Shown: positions 38,812-51,690 of the stretch, piece after piece
Position numbering within the stretch: the first letter of the stretch is position 1
How the letters are laid out: each line of letters opens with the position of its first letter
Source: Convolutriloba macropyga
Taxonomy: Eukaryota
Direction of reading: 5' to 3'
NCBI RefSeq assembly: GCF_964194025.1
Contig: NC_134470.1
Coordinates: forward strand, 11,780,001-11,844,000
DNA: 64,000 bases
Translations under genes and position numbers: made by a program
The notes under the pieces: model-generated
Seen by the model: the letters and a program-made list of their open reading frames with translations, nothing else
What the model was told of the DNA's origin: nothing
Database searches by the model: none

Positions 38812-39820
38812 TGTTCTCGAAATTGCAATTTTCCGCTGAATCCTTTAATTTCCCATAGAAATGTTCGACCGTTTCTCCCCTAAGCTGTTTCGTAATCAAG
38901 AAGAAATGACGATCGAACGTTATGTTGCGGGGTCGGATAAATGCCTCTTCCACCACGATCTTCCAGAAGTCTACCGTAGTGAGAGTATCGATCATGATGT
39001 GCGGGTTCTTGCAATTGAGAAGGCGGTGACCTTCTATCCCGATGCTTAGGTAGAGTAGGGATACAGTTTTGCGGTCCGCCAGTGGCCACGGTTTGTCACC
39101 ACACATGATACCCACTTCGATTAGCCGTTGGCATTTGTTTTGCCAGTTCATCTTCTGTTGCGCGTTGCGAGCGTTCCTCTCTCTCTCTCTCCGATTGTGC
39201 GGAAGCCCCAACTATTGTTTCTTCATTTATTGGCTCAAGGGGAAGTTCCACCATCTCGGGTTTGGGTCCAAGCAGCGTATCGAGAACAATATTCTCTTTT
39301 GCCAACAGTGCCAATTTATATTGCACTCTCCATTTCTCCCTCAGAAGCGGAGGATCGGTTGTAGGTTTGTCCCAGAAAGGGTCGATTCCGAGGGGTGTTC
39401 TTTTAGTTGCTGACTGCGCCATGTCGTACTCTGTTTACTTAGAGTAGCTATTTCCGGTGCGGGTACACTTCAAAATACTTAACTCGTGATTCGCGAAGCG
39501 GAATCCTGATTTGAGTTTCTACTGCTTACTCGCGGAGCGGGATTTACAAAAAGAATTGTTAAGCTGATTTTGAATTGCAAAGTTAGGAGAATGAAAAGAA
39601 ATGAATTGAAGTGCTTGTAAGCAAAACGTGAATGCGTGATCAGACATGACTGATCACGAGGCGGGAAACCAAGAAGGAAATCATTCACAGATCACAAGAC
39701 GCAAACTGAATAAATATGAACAGGATTATCAAGGGCAAATAAAAAGAACTACTTCACAACATCATATAAAATATACTGCATCGAGTAAAATAATAAACAA
39801 TGATATCCTTAGGTATCACA
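38812..39820 (-). mobile_element. Duplicated LTR (39422-39820) + PBS + 5' gag stub
   Basis: Copy of 36118-37126. Confidence 0.92.
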
Positions 39821-41347
39821 CTAAGATTTACGTTGAATTCAGCGAAGAACTATCTAAATTCAGCGCTAAATGCAATGCAAAAGATTTTAAGATCAGTGAG
39901 TAAAAAAATTATGATAGGTCGGCGGTCAATGCGTTGATTTTAGGTAAGATCTACGCTAGTTTCAGCGCAAAATTGTGTAAGATCTATGACCAATTCAACG
40001 CAAAATTATGTAAGATCAGCGCTTAAAAACGTAAAATCATGTCAGCTTGGCAGTAAAAGCGTTGAATTTATGTAAGATCTACGCTAATTTTGGAGCAAAA
40101 TTATGTGCGATCTACGAATATTTTAATTAAGATCAGTGGGTAAAAAAAATTATGTTAGGTTGGCGGTGAATGCGTTGAATTTTTGTAAGATCTACGTTAA
40201 TTTCAGCGCAAAGTTATCTACCCCTAAAACTGCAAAAATGTTTAATATTTGAGGTAAATTCGTTGACTTTGGGTAAGATCTACGTTGATTTCAAGGCAAA
40301 ACTATAAAAAATCAACTCTAATTTATGTAAGATCTACTCATAAAAACGGAAAAATTTTAAATGTTGTCGCTGAGTAAAATGAATTTGAAGTAAAATGAAG
40401 ATTTACGTTGAATTCAGCGAAGAACTATGTAAGATCAGCGCTAAATTTAAAGCAAATTTATGTAAGATCTTTCCTAAGTTCAACAAATCCTTTTAAGATC
40501 TACTCCAAACTAAAGGCAATTTTTTGTAAGATCAACACTTAAATGAACACAAAATATTGTTAGATCTTTGCTAATTTCAAAACAAAAACATTTATATATG
40601 ATCAACGCTAAATTCAACGCAAAAATTTATAAAGTCAACGCTAAATTCAACGCTAAGTTAAACTCTATGTAAGATCAACGCTAAAGTCAACGCAACTTTA
40701 TGTAAGATCTACCCTTAGTTCAACAAAGTTTTTTAAGATCTACTCCAAATTCATCACAAATTTTTGTATGATCAAAAATTAATGAACACAAAATTATGTA
40801 AGACCTACGCAATAATCACAACAAAGTATAAATGATCACCGCTAATTTCAACGCAAAACTAAAGAAAATCAACGTTATGTTAAAAATAATTTGAAGGCTA
40901 TGTAAGATCTACGCAAAAATCAACGCTAAATTATGTGAGACCTACTCTTAAAAACGCAAATATGTATAAAATTGTCGTAAATCTATTAAATTTATGTAAG
41001 ACCTACGCTAAATTCAATACAAAATTAATGAAGATCAGTAGTTAAGATGTACTTATGTAAGTTTGGCAAATTTATGCAAATTTATGTAAGTTTGGCGGTG
41101 ATTGTGTTGAATTTATGTATAATATACTTTAATTTGAGCATTCAGTCATTTAAGATCTGCCTTAAATTGAACGCACATTTATATAAAAATTACAAAAAAT
41201 TCAATAAAGTTATTTAATTTCTATTCTAAATTGAATGCAAATTTTTGTAAGATCAAAGCTGAACTTAACACAAAGTTATGTAAGATCTGCACTTAGAAAC
41301 GCAAAATTATGTCAATTTGGCATTGATTGCGGTAAATTTATGTAAGA

Positions 41348-41745
41348 GGGGGCACAAACGGAAAGGATCCTACTCCCAATTGACTATTCATTGGCGTTGA
41401 GAAGTCAAAAGTTGTGATCAGTGTCTCAGACAGTTCACTAATATCATCAAATTACTTGAATTTTTAATCCAAGAGAAATGCAAAGAACAACCCCAGTTAT
41501 TGCACTGCCACTTTTTAGAAGAATCATCAAACTCTAAAAGTGTTACTTTACCAACAACTACAGCATCAGACGTACAGAAAGTTTTGATACGTAAATCAAC
41601 ATCCGAAAGATTCTGGTTATGCAAAAGAATATTAATATTACGAAATCAGCATAAATGAACTCTGATTTTTTGGACCTTTTCCGTTTGTGCCCCCCTCCTC
41701 CGTACGTTATGCTGCCCCCAGTTACAGAGCACCTGACATTACTTA
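41348..41745 (+). mobile_element. Cassette: MITE-B right TIR / ~300-bp spacer / MITE-B left end
   Basis: GGGGGCACAAACGGAAAGGATCC (41348-41370), spacer, then GGACCTTTTCCGTTTGTGCCCC…CAGTTACAGAGCAC from 41672. A truncated duplicate lies at 38654-38813. Confidence 0.8.
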
Positions 41746-44139
41746 GTTAATCAATACTTAAAATCGTCCAACATTTTCACACCTACGCATAATTCAAGCT
41801 AAATTGTGATATCTAAGTTAAATTCAACGCAAAGTTATGCAACTTCTACGCTAAATTGAGCTCAAAATTGTGTATGGTCTACGCTATATTCAACTCAAAA
41901 ATATGTAAGATAACAAAAGTTAACGCAAATTTGTGCAAGCTCATTGCAAAATTAAGTAATATTTATGCTAATTTCACTCAAAGTTGTTTAATGTCAAATC
42001 TAAATTCAACGCAGAATGTTGGAAGATGAACGCTTAACTGAACAGAAAATAAGTGGGCTCTACACTTGAAAACTCAAAGTTCGGAAAGGTTATGATATCT
42101 ATGCTAAATTTGAGCTTAACTGTATATCTAAGCAATATAAAACAATTATGCTATATTGAACGCAAATTTGTGTAAGATCTACACTAATTCAAACACAAAA
42201 CTCCTGAAGAACTATGATTGATTCATCAACGCAAAATATGTAAGACAAACGCTAGTATGGACGCTAAATTTTGTAAGATCTCCTCTTTAAAGCGCAGAAC
42301 TATATAACATAGGAGTTGAATGCGTGGAAATTATGTAGGATCTACAATAAATTCAGCCCAGCATTATATGCGCTAAACTCAACGCAAAATTATGTAAGAT
42401 CTACGCTTAGCTCAACAATGTTATTTAAGATCTAATCTTAATTCAAAGCATTTTTTTGAAAGATCAATGCTTAACTGAACACAAAGTAATGAAAGATATG
42501 CTTTGAATTGACACAAATTTATTGATGATCAGCACTAAAATCAACGCAATAAAATAAAATCAACGCTAAATTCAACGCTAAATTATGCGAAATCTATTCT
42601 TAAAAACACAGTACTATAAATGAAAATGTCGGTGAATCCGTTGAATTTTCGAAGGATCCAAGCATAATTCAACGCAAAGTTTTTAAATATCCGTGTTTAA
42701 AAACGCAAAATTTCGTAAGATTGGCGGTGAATGCGTTGAGTTTATGTAAGATCTACGTTAGTTTTAGCGCAAAATTTTGTATGATCTGCTCTACATTAAC
42801 CGCAAAATTTTTTAAAATCAATGCTAAATTTAACGCAAACGTAGTATCATTACAAACAAATGTAAGATGTACGTTATTTCACCAAAAAATTATAAAGGAT
42901 CTACTCTAAATTGAACGCAAAATTTGTAAGATCTCCTCTTAAGACCGCAAAGTTATATAATTTTAGCGGTGAATGTGTGGAATTTATGTAAGATCTACGT
43001 TGAATTCAGACCGAAATTAGGTAAGATCTGCGCTAATTTCAACGCAAAATTATGTAAGATGAACGCAAAACTCATCAACAGTAATTAGAATCTAATCTGA
43101 ATTCAGTGCAACCTTTGGGAAATCAAAGCTTAAATTAACACAACATTATGTAAGATCTGCGCTAAGTTTAAACAAATTTATTGATGATCAACGCTAAATT
43201 CAACGATAAACTATAAAAGATCAACTCTTAAAAACAAAAAATTATTACCATTACGGTGAACGCGTTGAATTTAAGTAAGATCCACGTTAAATTCAGCGCA
43301 GAATTATGTATGATTAACGCTTGATTAAACGCTAATTAAGGCAAGAATATTGCAAAATTGTGTAACATCTGCGCTAACTTAAGCTAAAAGTTATTTAAGA
43401 TCTTATTTAAATTCAGCGCAAATTTTTGTAAGATCAACACTTAACTGAACACAAAAATAAGTAAGATCTTTGCTCAATTCAAAGCAAAACTATACGAAAT
43501 CATCGCAAATTTCAACGATAAACTGAAAAAGATCAACTCTAACAAACGAAAAATTACATAGTTTTCGCTGTGAATTACGTAAGATCTACGCTAAATTCAG
43601 CTAAAATTTAATTACTTATTCTAATATTTATTTATTCTACTTTAAGTTCAACGCAAATTTTTTTGAGATCAACGCTGAAAATTCAACGCTTAATTATGCA
43701 AAATCTACTGTTAAAGCGCAGTATCATTAGAATTTGTTGATGAATCCGCTGAAATTATGTAAGATCTACACTAAATTATTCTTTATTTAATATCAGTGGT
43801 TAAAAACTCAAATTTTTGTAAGATTCGTGGTGAATGCATTGAATGTATATGAGGTCTACGCTAAATTCATTGCAAAAACATTTGAAATCAAAGATTAAAA
43901 ACGCAAAATTTTGAAAAATTGGGGTTGAATGCGCTAATTTTTAAGAATTACGTTAAACTCAACTCAAAATTTTGTACGATCTGCGCTAAATTGAACAAAG
44001 TTTTTTACGATCTACTCTCTATTTATCGAAAATTTTATTGGAGAGCAGCGCTCAATTGAAAACAAATTGATGAAAGATATGCACTTAGAAAGGCAAAATT
44101 ATGTACAATTGACGGCAAATAAGTTAAATTTAGGTACAA

Positions 44140-44522
44140 GGGGGGCACAAACGAAAAAGATCCCAATATAATTTATATTTTCATAGGCGTTGGGAAGTCG
44201 AAAAAATTGTGGTCAATGCTTAACAGACGACAGTTCAATAATCCCATCAAAATACTTGTTTTATCAAAACAAAGAAAACGCAAACAACAAAAGGAGTTAT
44301 TGTACTGCCACCTTTAAGAAGAATCACTAAACTCTTAAGGGTTACTTTAACAATAACTACAGCATTAGATGCATAGTAAATTTTGAAACCGCAGTCAACA
44401 TCCGAAGAAAATTGGATATGCAAAAGTTATTATGCCAAAATCAGTTTAAATGAAAGATGATTTTTTGGATTTTGTGCCCCCAGTACGTTATGGTCCCCCA
44501 TTTACAGGGTACTAGACATTAC
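44140..44522 (+). mobile_element. Cassette copy (MITE-B right TIR / spacer / left end)
   Basis: Same order and homologous spacer as 41348-41745, diverged. Confidence 0.78.
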
Positions 44523-45336
44523 TTGGTTAATTTTTATTAAATTTTTTTAAGATTCTGATATCTACGCTAAGTTCTGATAAATCCAACACTAAATTGCAGA
44601 GGTGTACCTTAAATTCATCACGCAAATTTTTTGTAAGATCAACGGTATATTATGTAAGATCTACGCTAAATTCAACTAAAAATTATGTAAGATCAACGCT
44701 AATTTCAACACAAAACTATGTAATGTGTACGCTTAATACAATTTTATATGAGATAATAAGGAGTTGTTGATGAATCCGTTGAATTTATGTAGGATCTAAG
44801 CGAAATTCATTGCAAAACTTTGTAATATCAGCGGTTAAAAACGAAAACTTTCCTTGGATTGGCGGTGAATGAGTTGAGTTCATGTAAGATCTACGTTAGA
44901 AACAGCGTAAATTTTGTACGATCTGCGCTAAATTTAACTCTGAATTTTGTAAGATCTAATCTTAGAAACCCAAAATTATATAATTTTGTCGGTTAATCCG
45001 TTGAATATATGTAAGGTCCACGCTAAATTCAATGCAAAATAATTTAAGACGAACGATTAATAACCCAAAAATATATCAGTTTGATGGTGAATGCGGTGAA
45101 ATTATGTAAGATCTACAATAAACTCAATGCGAAATTTTGTAAGATCTGCGCTAAATTCAACGCAAAATCATGTAAGATCTACACTAAATTCAACAAAGGT
45201 ATTTACGAACTACTTTATATTCAACACAAATTCATGTAAGATCAACGCTTAATCGAACACCAATTTATGAAAGATATGCATTTAGAAACGCAAAAATATG
45301 TAAGATTGGCGGTGAATAGGTAAAAATTATGTACGC

Positions 45337-45730
45337 GGAGGCACAAAAGGAAAAGATCCCTATCCCAGTTGAATTTTCACCGGCTTTGATAAATTGGAAA
45401 ATGGTGATCAGTGCTTAACAAATGACAGTTCATTAATCCCATCAAAATATTGGTTTCTCAAAACATAGAGCAAGCAACTGACAGTAGTTGTTACTGCACT
45501 GCCATTTTCATGAAGGATCATCTATTTCAAAAGGGTTGCTTTACCAACAATTACAGCGTCAGATGCAGAGCAATACCTGAAACCGAAGTAAACATCCGAA
45601 GAATACTGGATACGCAAAAGAAAATTAATATGCCGATATCAGCATAAATGAAAAATAATATTTCGGATTTTTTCCGTTTGTGCCCTCCAGTACGTTTTGA
45701 TCCCACAGCTAGAGAGCACGTGACATTACT
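45337..45730 (+). mobile_element. Cassette copy (MITE-B right TIR / spacer / left end)
   Basis: Same order and homologous spacer, diverged. Confidence 0.78.
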
Positions 45731-46699
45731 TAATTGATCTTTGTTTGAAATTATCTAAGATTCTCATATCTACGCTAAGTTCAAGCTAAATTGTTATATC
45801 TCAGCTTAATTGTACTTTCCAATCTAAACTCAACGCAAAATTTTATAAGCTCTATTTTAAACTCAACACAAAAATGTTTGAGGTTTACGCTCAATTCATT
45901 AACGCAAATTTTTATTAGATCGAGGCAATATTATGTAAGATCTACGCTAAATTCAACTCAAAATTATGCAAGATCAACTCTAATTTCAACACAAAACTCT
46001 GTAAGTTCTGCGCTTGATTCAACTAAAGGTTAATTATGATCTACTTTAAATTTTTGTAAGATAAATAAACTTATTTGAGCACAAAATTTTGTAGGATCGA
46101 CTCTTAAATATGCAAAATTAGGTAAAATTGCGTTTGATTCGCTAAATTTATGCTAAATTGTAATATCGACGCTAAATTAAATCACCTATGCGTAATTCAA
46201 CGAAAAATTATGTAAGATCTACTCTTAAAACGCAGAATTTCATAATTTTGGCGGTGAATCCCTGCTATTTTTTGTAAAATCTGCGTTCTATTCAGCGCAA
46301 AGTTATATAAGATCAAGACTAATTTTAAATAAACATATTTAAGATCTTTTCTGAATTCAACGCACTTTCTTGTAAGATCAACGCTTTATTTTTACACAAA
46401 TTTAAGTAACAACTTCGATAGGTCTACACAAATTTATGTATGATCGACGCTAAATTCAACGCAAAATCTACTAAAATCAACGCTCAATTCAAGGTAAGTT
46501 TATGCAAGATCTACTCTTATATACGCAAAATTATTTAAAATCTTCGGAGAAAACATTGGATTCTTGTAAGATCTACGTTAAATTGATCGCTAATTTCTTC
46601 AATTTCACCATTTAAAAACGTTTAAAAAATTTGGTAATATCAGCGTTGAATGCCTTGAGTTTTTGTAAGATCGTTCTTAGTTTCAGCTCAAAACTGTGT

Positions 46700-47840
46700 A
46701 GGGTCTGCGCTAAATTCACCGCAGGCTTGTGTAAGACCTATGCTTATATCAACAAAGATATTTGAGATCTACTCCCATTGCAACGCAAATTTTAACAGAT
46801 ATATGTACGATCTTCGCTAAAATCATCGCGAACATCTCATGATCAACGCGGAATTCAGCGGAAGATTATATAAAATCTACGGTAAAATCGACGCATAAGA
46901 TCAACGCTAAATCAACCCTTAATTATATGAATTCAACGCTAAATTCAAATATAAGTTATGTAAGATTGACCTTTAAAAACGCAAATATATACAATATTGT
47001 CATTGAAACCGTCGAATTTATGTAGGATCTACGCTAAATCCAACGCAAAATTATTTAAGATCTGCGCTTGATTCAACACAAAGTTATTTAAAATCAGAGG
47101 TTAAAAACCTAAAAACATGCAAGAGTGGCGTCGAGAGCGTTGAATTCATGTAAGATGTAGTTTGATTTCATTGTAAAATTGCGTAAGATTTACGCCAAGA
47201 TCAATGCAAAAATATGAAAGATCAACCTTTAAATCCACGCTAAAATATGTAGTATCTATCCTTAATTTCGCAAAATTATATAATATTGGCGGTGAATGCG
47301 TTAATTTTTTGTTAAAAATTAGTTAAATTCAGCGCAAAATTATGTAAGATAAGCGCTAAATTCACTGCAGGCTTGGGTAAGACCTATGCTAATTTCAACA
47401 AAATATTTGAGATCTACTCCAATTTAAACGCAAATTTTAACAGATATATGTACGATCTTCGCTAAAATCATCGCGAACAACTTATGATCAACGCGAAATT
47501 CAACGGAAGATTGTGTAAAATCTACTGTAAAATCGACGCATAATAATGTAAGATCAACGCTAAATCAACCCTAATTTATATGAATTCAACGCTAAATTCA
47601 AAAATAAGTTATGTAAGATTGACCTTTAAAAACGCAAAAATATACAATATTGTCAGTGAATCCGTCGGATTTATATTGGATCTACACTAAATCCAACGCA
47701 AAATTATTTAAGATCTCCGCTTAACTCAACACAAAATTATAAGATCAGAGGTTAAAAACTTAAAAACATTTGAGTGGCGTCGAGAGCGTTGAATTCATGT
47801 AAGATGTAAGTTAATTTCATTGCAAAATTAGGTAAAATTT
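46700..47840 (+). repeat. Detached ~1.7 copies of the 655-bp HOR unit
   Basis: HOR markers at 46798 and 47443; CAGAGGTTAAAAAC…GAGTGGCGTCGAGAGCG is present twice. Confidence 0.88.
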
Positions 47841-49654
47841 ACTCGTATATACGCAAAATTATTTCAAATTGTCTGTAAAACCATTGAATTTGTGTTGGAT
47901 CTATGTTAACTCAACGCTAGTTTCTTCAATATTACGCAAAACTTTGTAATTTTGGCGATGAAAGCGTTGATTTTATGTAAAATTTACCTTAGATTTAGCT
48001 CAAAAATGTGTAAGGTCTGCGCTTAATTAAACGCAAAATTATGTAAGATCTACGCTAATTGCAATGCTTAATTATTTTAAACCAGCGATAAATTCAACGC
48101 CAAAATATATAAAATCTACTCTTAGAAACCCAAAACAATATAACATTTTCGTTTAATCTGTTGAATTTATATAAGGTCTACTATAAATTCAACGCAAAAA
48201 TAATTAGGATCAACGATTAAAAACGCCAAAAAATGATAGTGTGTTGGTGAATCCGGTGAAATTATTTGAGATCTACGTTAAATTTCGCGCAAATTTATGT
48301 GAGATCTGTACTCAATTCAAAGCAAAATTATGTAAGACCTGCGCTAAATTCAACACAAAATTTTGTAAGATCAACGTTAATTTCATCACAAAACTATGTA
48401 GGGTCTACGCTTATATCAACTAAAAGTTCAATAGGATTTAATTTGAGTTTAACGCAACTGTTTGTATGACAAACGCTTAATTGAGCAAAAAATTATGTAA
48501 GAAATACACTTAAAAACGCAAAACTATGTGAGATTGCGTTATGTACGCTAAAGGTATAATATCTACGCTAAATTAAATTGCCAATGCTTAATTCGACACA
48601 AAATTATGTAAGATCTACGCTAGTTTCAACACAAAACTCTGTAGGACCTACGCTAAATTCATCAACGTAAAATTATGTTAGAGCAATGCTAAGTAAAACG
48701 CTAATTTTTTTTAATATCTACTCAAAAAACGCAGAGTTTTATAATTTTTGCGGTTAAGGCGTGGAATTGCTGCGAAATCTACGTTATATTCAGCGCAAAG
48801 TTATGTAAGATCTACGCTAAAATCAAAAAAGTTTTCAAGATCTACTCTGTTTTCAACCCAATTTTTTGTAAGATCAACGCTTATTTTAACACAAAATTGT
48901 GTAACATCTTCGATATGTTCAACAGAAAAATATATGTATGATCGAATCGAAATTCAATGCAAAATCAAATAAAATCAACGCTACATTCATTGCTAAACAA
49001 TGCAAAATCTATTCTTATATACGCAAAAATATGTAAAATCGTCGGTTAAACCATTGAATTTATGTAAGTTCTATGTTAAATTCAACGCAAATTTCTTCAA
49101 TATCACTGGTTAAAAACGCAAAAATTTTGTTATATTGGCGTTGATTACTTTGAGTTTATGTAAGATATAGCTTATTTTCAACGATAAATTCAAAGCTAAA
49201 TTATATAAAATCTACCCTTAAATAAGCAAAAGCATATAATATTGTCGGTAAATCTGTTGAAATTATATATGGTCTAAAATAAATTCAACAAAAAAAATTT
49301 AAGATCAACGGTTAAAAATGCAATATTATGTAAAATTGGCGGTGAATGTGTTAAAGTTTTTCAAGATCTGCGTTACGGTCCGCGCAAATTTATGTTGGAT
49401 CGGAGCTAAATTCAACGCAAAGTTATGTAAGACGTGCGCTAAATACAACACAAAATTTTCTAAGTTCCACTCTTAATTCAACGCAAGCTTTTGTATGATG
49501 AACGCTTAACTGAACACAAAAGATATGTAAGACCTTTGCTATTTTCAACAAAAATTTTTATATGACCAACGCTGAATTCAATGCAAAACTATATAAAATC
49601 AACGCTAAACTTAATGCTAAAATAAGTACGATCTACTCTAAAAACGCAAGATTT

Positions 49655-49785
49655 TATACTAGAATTGCAAAAAAAATTTATTGAACCAATGTCAGCAAAT
49701 ATGAAATATGTTATTTGAATTTTTTCCGTTTGTGCTCCCCGGCACGTTAAGTTCCTCCCAGTGACAGAGCGCATGACATTATTTA
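49655..49785 (+). mobile_element. Partial cassette (spacer end + MITE-B left end); duplicate at ~53003-53135
   Basis: TTTTCCGTTTGTGCTCCCC…CAGTGACAGAGCGCATGACATT. Confidence 0.7.
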
Positions 49786-50339
49786 ATATATTTTTTTAAT
49801 TATCAAAGATGTTCATTTATTCAGGAAGTTTTCGCTAAACTTTAATGTCTACGCTAAATTTTAATATCTAAGGTAAATTCGACGCAAAATTATGTAAGAT
49901 CAGTGAAAAATTAAGTAACATCTACTCGAATGTCAACTAAAAATCGTTTTAGATTTACTCTAAACAACAAAGAATTACAACACTAACGAAAATTTGACGT
50001 TAAATTCACAAAACTATAAAAACCTACGTCAAATTTAACACATATTTATGTGAGATCAGCGCAAATCTATGCAAGATCTACTCTTTTTTGAACGCAAATT
50101 TTTATAAGATAAAAGTTCAACTCAACAAAAAAATTTTGTAGTTTTTACGCCTAAAAACAAAAAATTTAGTGCGGTTGGCGGTGAATGCGTTGATTTTTTG
50201 TAAGTTCTAAGATAGATTCAACACAAAAAAAATACGTAATGTGTACGCTAAAAAAGTCAAAATTATGTAAGATTAGCGATCAATGCATTGAATTTATGTA
50301 AGATCTACTATAAACTAGGCGCAAAATTATGTAGGATCC

Positions 50340-50955
50340 ACTCATTCACCGCCAATCTTACATATAATTGAGTTTGTTTTGGTTGAAAACTCGGCCAGGA
50401 AAATAAAGCCAAGTTTTTGGTTACTGGAACAGCATTAGTCTAATGGAATTCTAATGTTATTTTACGATTTTGACACTATTTTCTTTGTTGTGATAAATAA
50501 ATTTTGCATTTTTGAATTCTGTAGTTTTTTTGCAATTTCTTATGTCTTGTCATTTAATATTAGCAATGGCAAGCTTCATTGATTAGGAATGAGACATGTA
50601 GTTTACATGGATCTAGTGAAAACGTTGATAAAAAATAAATGCCTCGAGTTCATTGCTAACGGTTTTGAAGGCCTTGACACTATCTGTTTTCTTGTTTGTT
50701 GGGGTTTGTGCAGTCTCGTCGTCTGCAAGGAAAGATCCAATCGGTTAATGGTGATAATGAGGTTCAATTTATTCGTTCCACTTCAATGAAAACGCTTTCA
50801 CAATAAGTGTTTCGAAAAGATTCTATTGACATTTTGTGTTATGATAACTTGGTTAATTAAATTTGTTTATCTTACGACTCACCTCCTCAATTGCAGGTGT
50901 TATAATCGGTTGTTATGGTTGATCGGGTTCAAGAAAGATATCACCAGCGTTGACT
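50340..50955 (+). other. Non-satellite block inside the array; duplicate at ~53690-54305; both ends homologous to 57520-58025
   Basis: Shared AACTCGGCC(A/C)GGAAAAT block and AATTGCAGGTGT…GAAAGATATCACCAGCGTTGA block. Confidence 0.75.
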
Positions 50956-51390
50956 CCAGAAAACGCAAAACTATATAATTTTGTCGGCGAATACCTTGAG
51001 TTTTTGTAACATCTGTGCTAAATTCAACGCAAAATTTATTAAGATCAACAATTAAAAACCCAAAACTATGTACGATTCGCTTTAAATATATGTCGAATTT
51101 AGGATCTGCGTTGAATGCAGCGCAAAACTTTGTAAGATCTACTCTAAATTCAACGCATGTTTTTGTAAGATGAATGCATAACTGAATACAAAATTATTTA
51201 AGACGTTTGCTAAGCTCAAAACAAAATTATGTATGATCAAAGCTGAATTCTGAATTCAACTCAAAATTATATAAAATTGTAATAATTAATAGTATTATCT
51301 ACGCTAATTTTAAATACATATGCTAAATTCAACGCAAAATTATGTAAGATCTACGCTCAATAAAACACAAGAAAACACTTTAAGATCGAC

Positions 51391-51690
51391 GTTACTGCAC
51401 TGCCGCTTTTAAGAAGCATGATCAAACTCTAATAGTTTTACTCTACCAACAACTTCAGCATCAAATGCACAGCCAGTTTGTAAATCTAAATTAAAACCCG
51501 ATGAAAACTGGATTTGCAAAAAATTTTAAAATACCGATATGAGCATAATTGAAGTATATTTCTGGGATCTTTTCTATTTGTGCCCCAAGTACATTAATCT
51601 CCTCCCAGTTACAGAGCACGTAACATTACATAATAAATCATTATGAAAAATTATGGCACGTGCAACTGGGGGTACTCATTAAATTTTAAT
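51391..51690 (+). mobile_element. Partial cassette with longer MITE-B left portion; duplicate at ~54742-55040
   Basis: Spacer 3' half, then GGATCTTTTCTATTTGTGCCCC (51565), continuing through CACGTGCAACTGGGGGT as in intact MITE 7131-7302. Confidence 0.75.

Larger units (their letters stand above)
36118..41507 (+). repeat. Tandem segmental duplication, 2 x 2,694 bp
   Basis: Identical ORFs are offset by 2,694. The junction at 38812-38813 has a 2-bp TG microhomology. Only a few substitutions were seen. Confidence 0.95.

Noticed and set aside
31681-39447. Plus-strand ORFs overlapping the Gypsy element
   Set aside because: Antisense shadows of GC-richer gag/pol sequence with no independent motifs.
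41418-41624. Minus-strand ORF with superficial Dcp1/EVH1 resemblance (GKVTLLEFDDSSKKWQ)
   Set aside because: Homologous copies at 44.3 and 51.4 kb have a stop at this motif. It is the antisense of a more protein-like plus frame, and the similarity is short and judged by eye only.
50589-50789. 66-aa ORF duplicated at 53940
   Set aside because: The identity is explained by the recent tandem duplication; no coding evidence.
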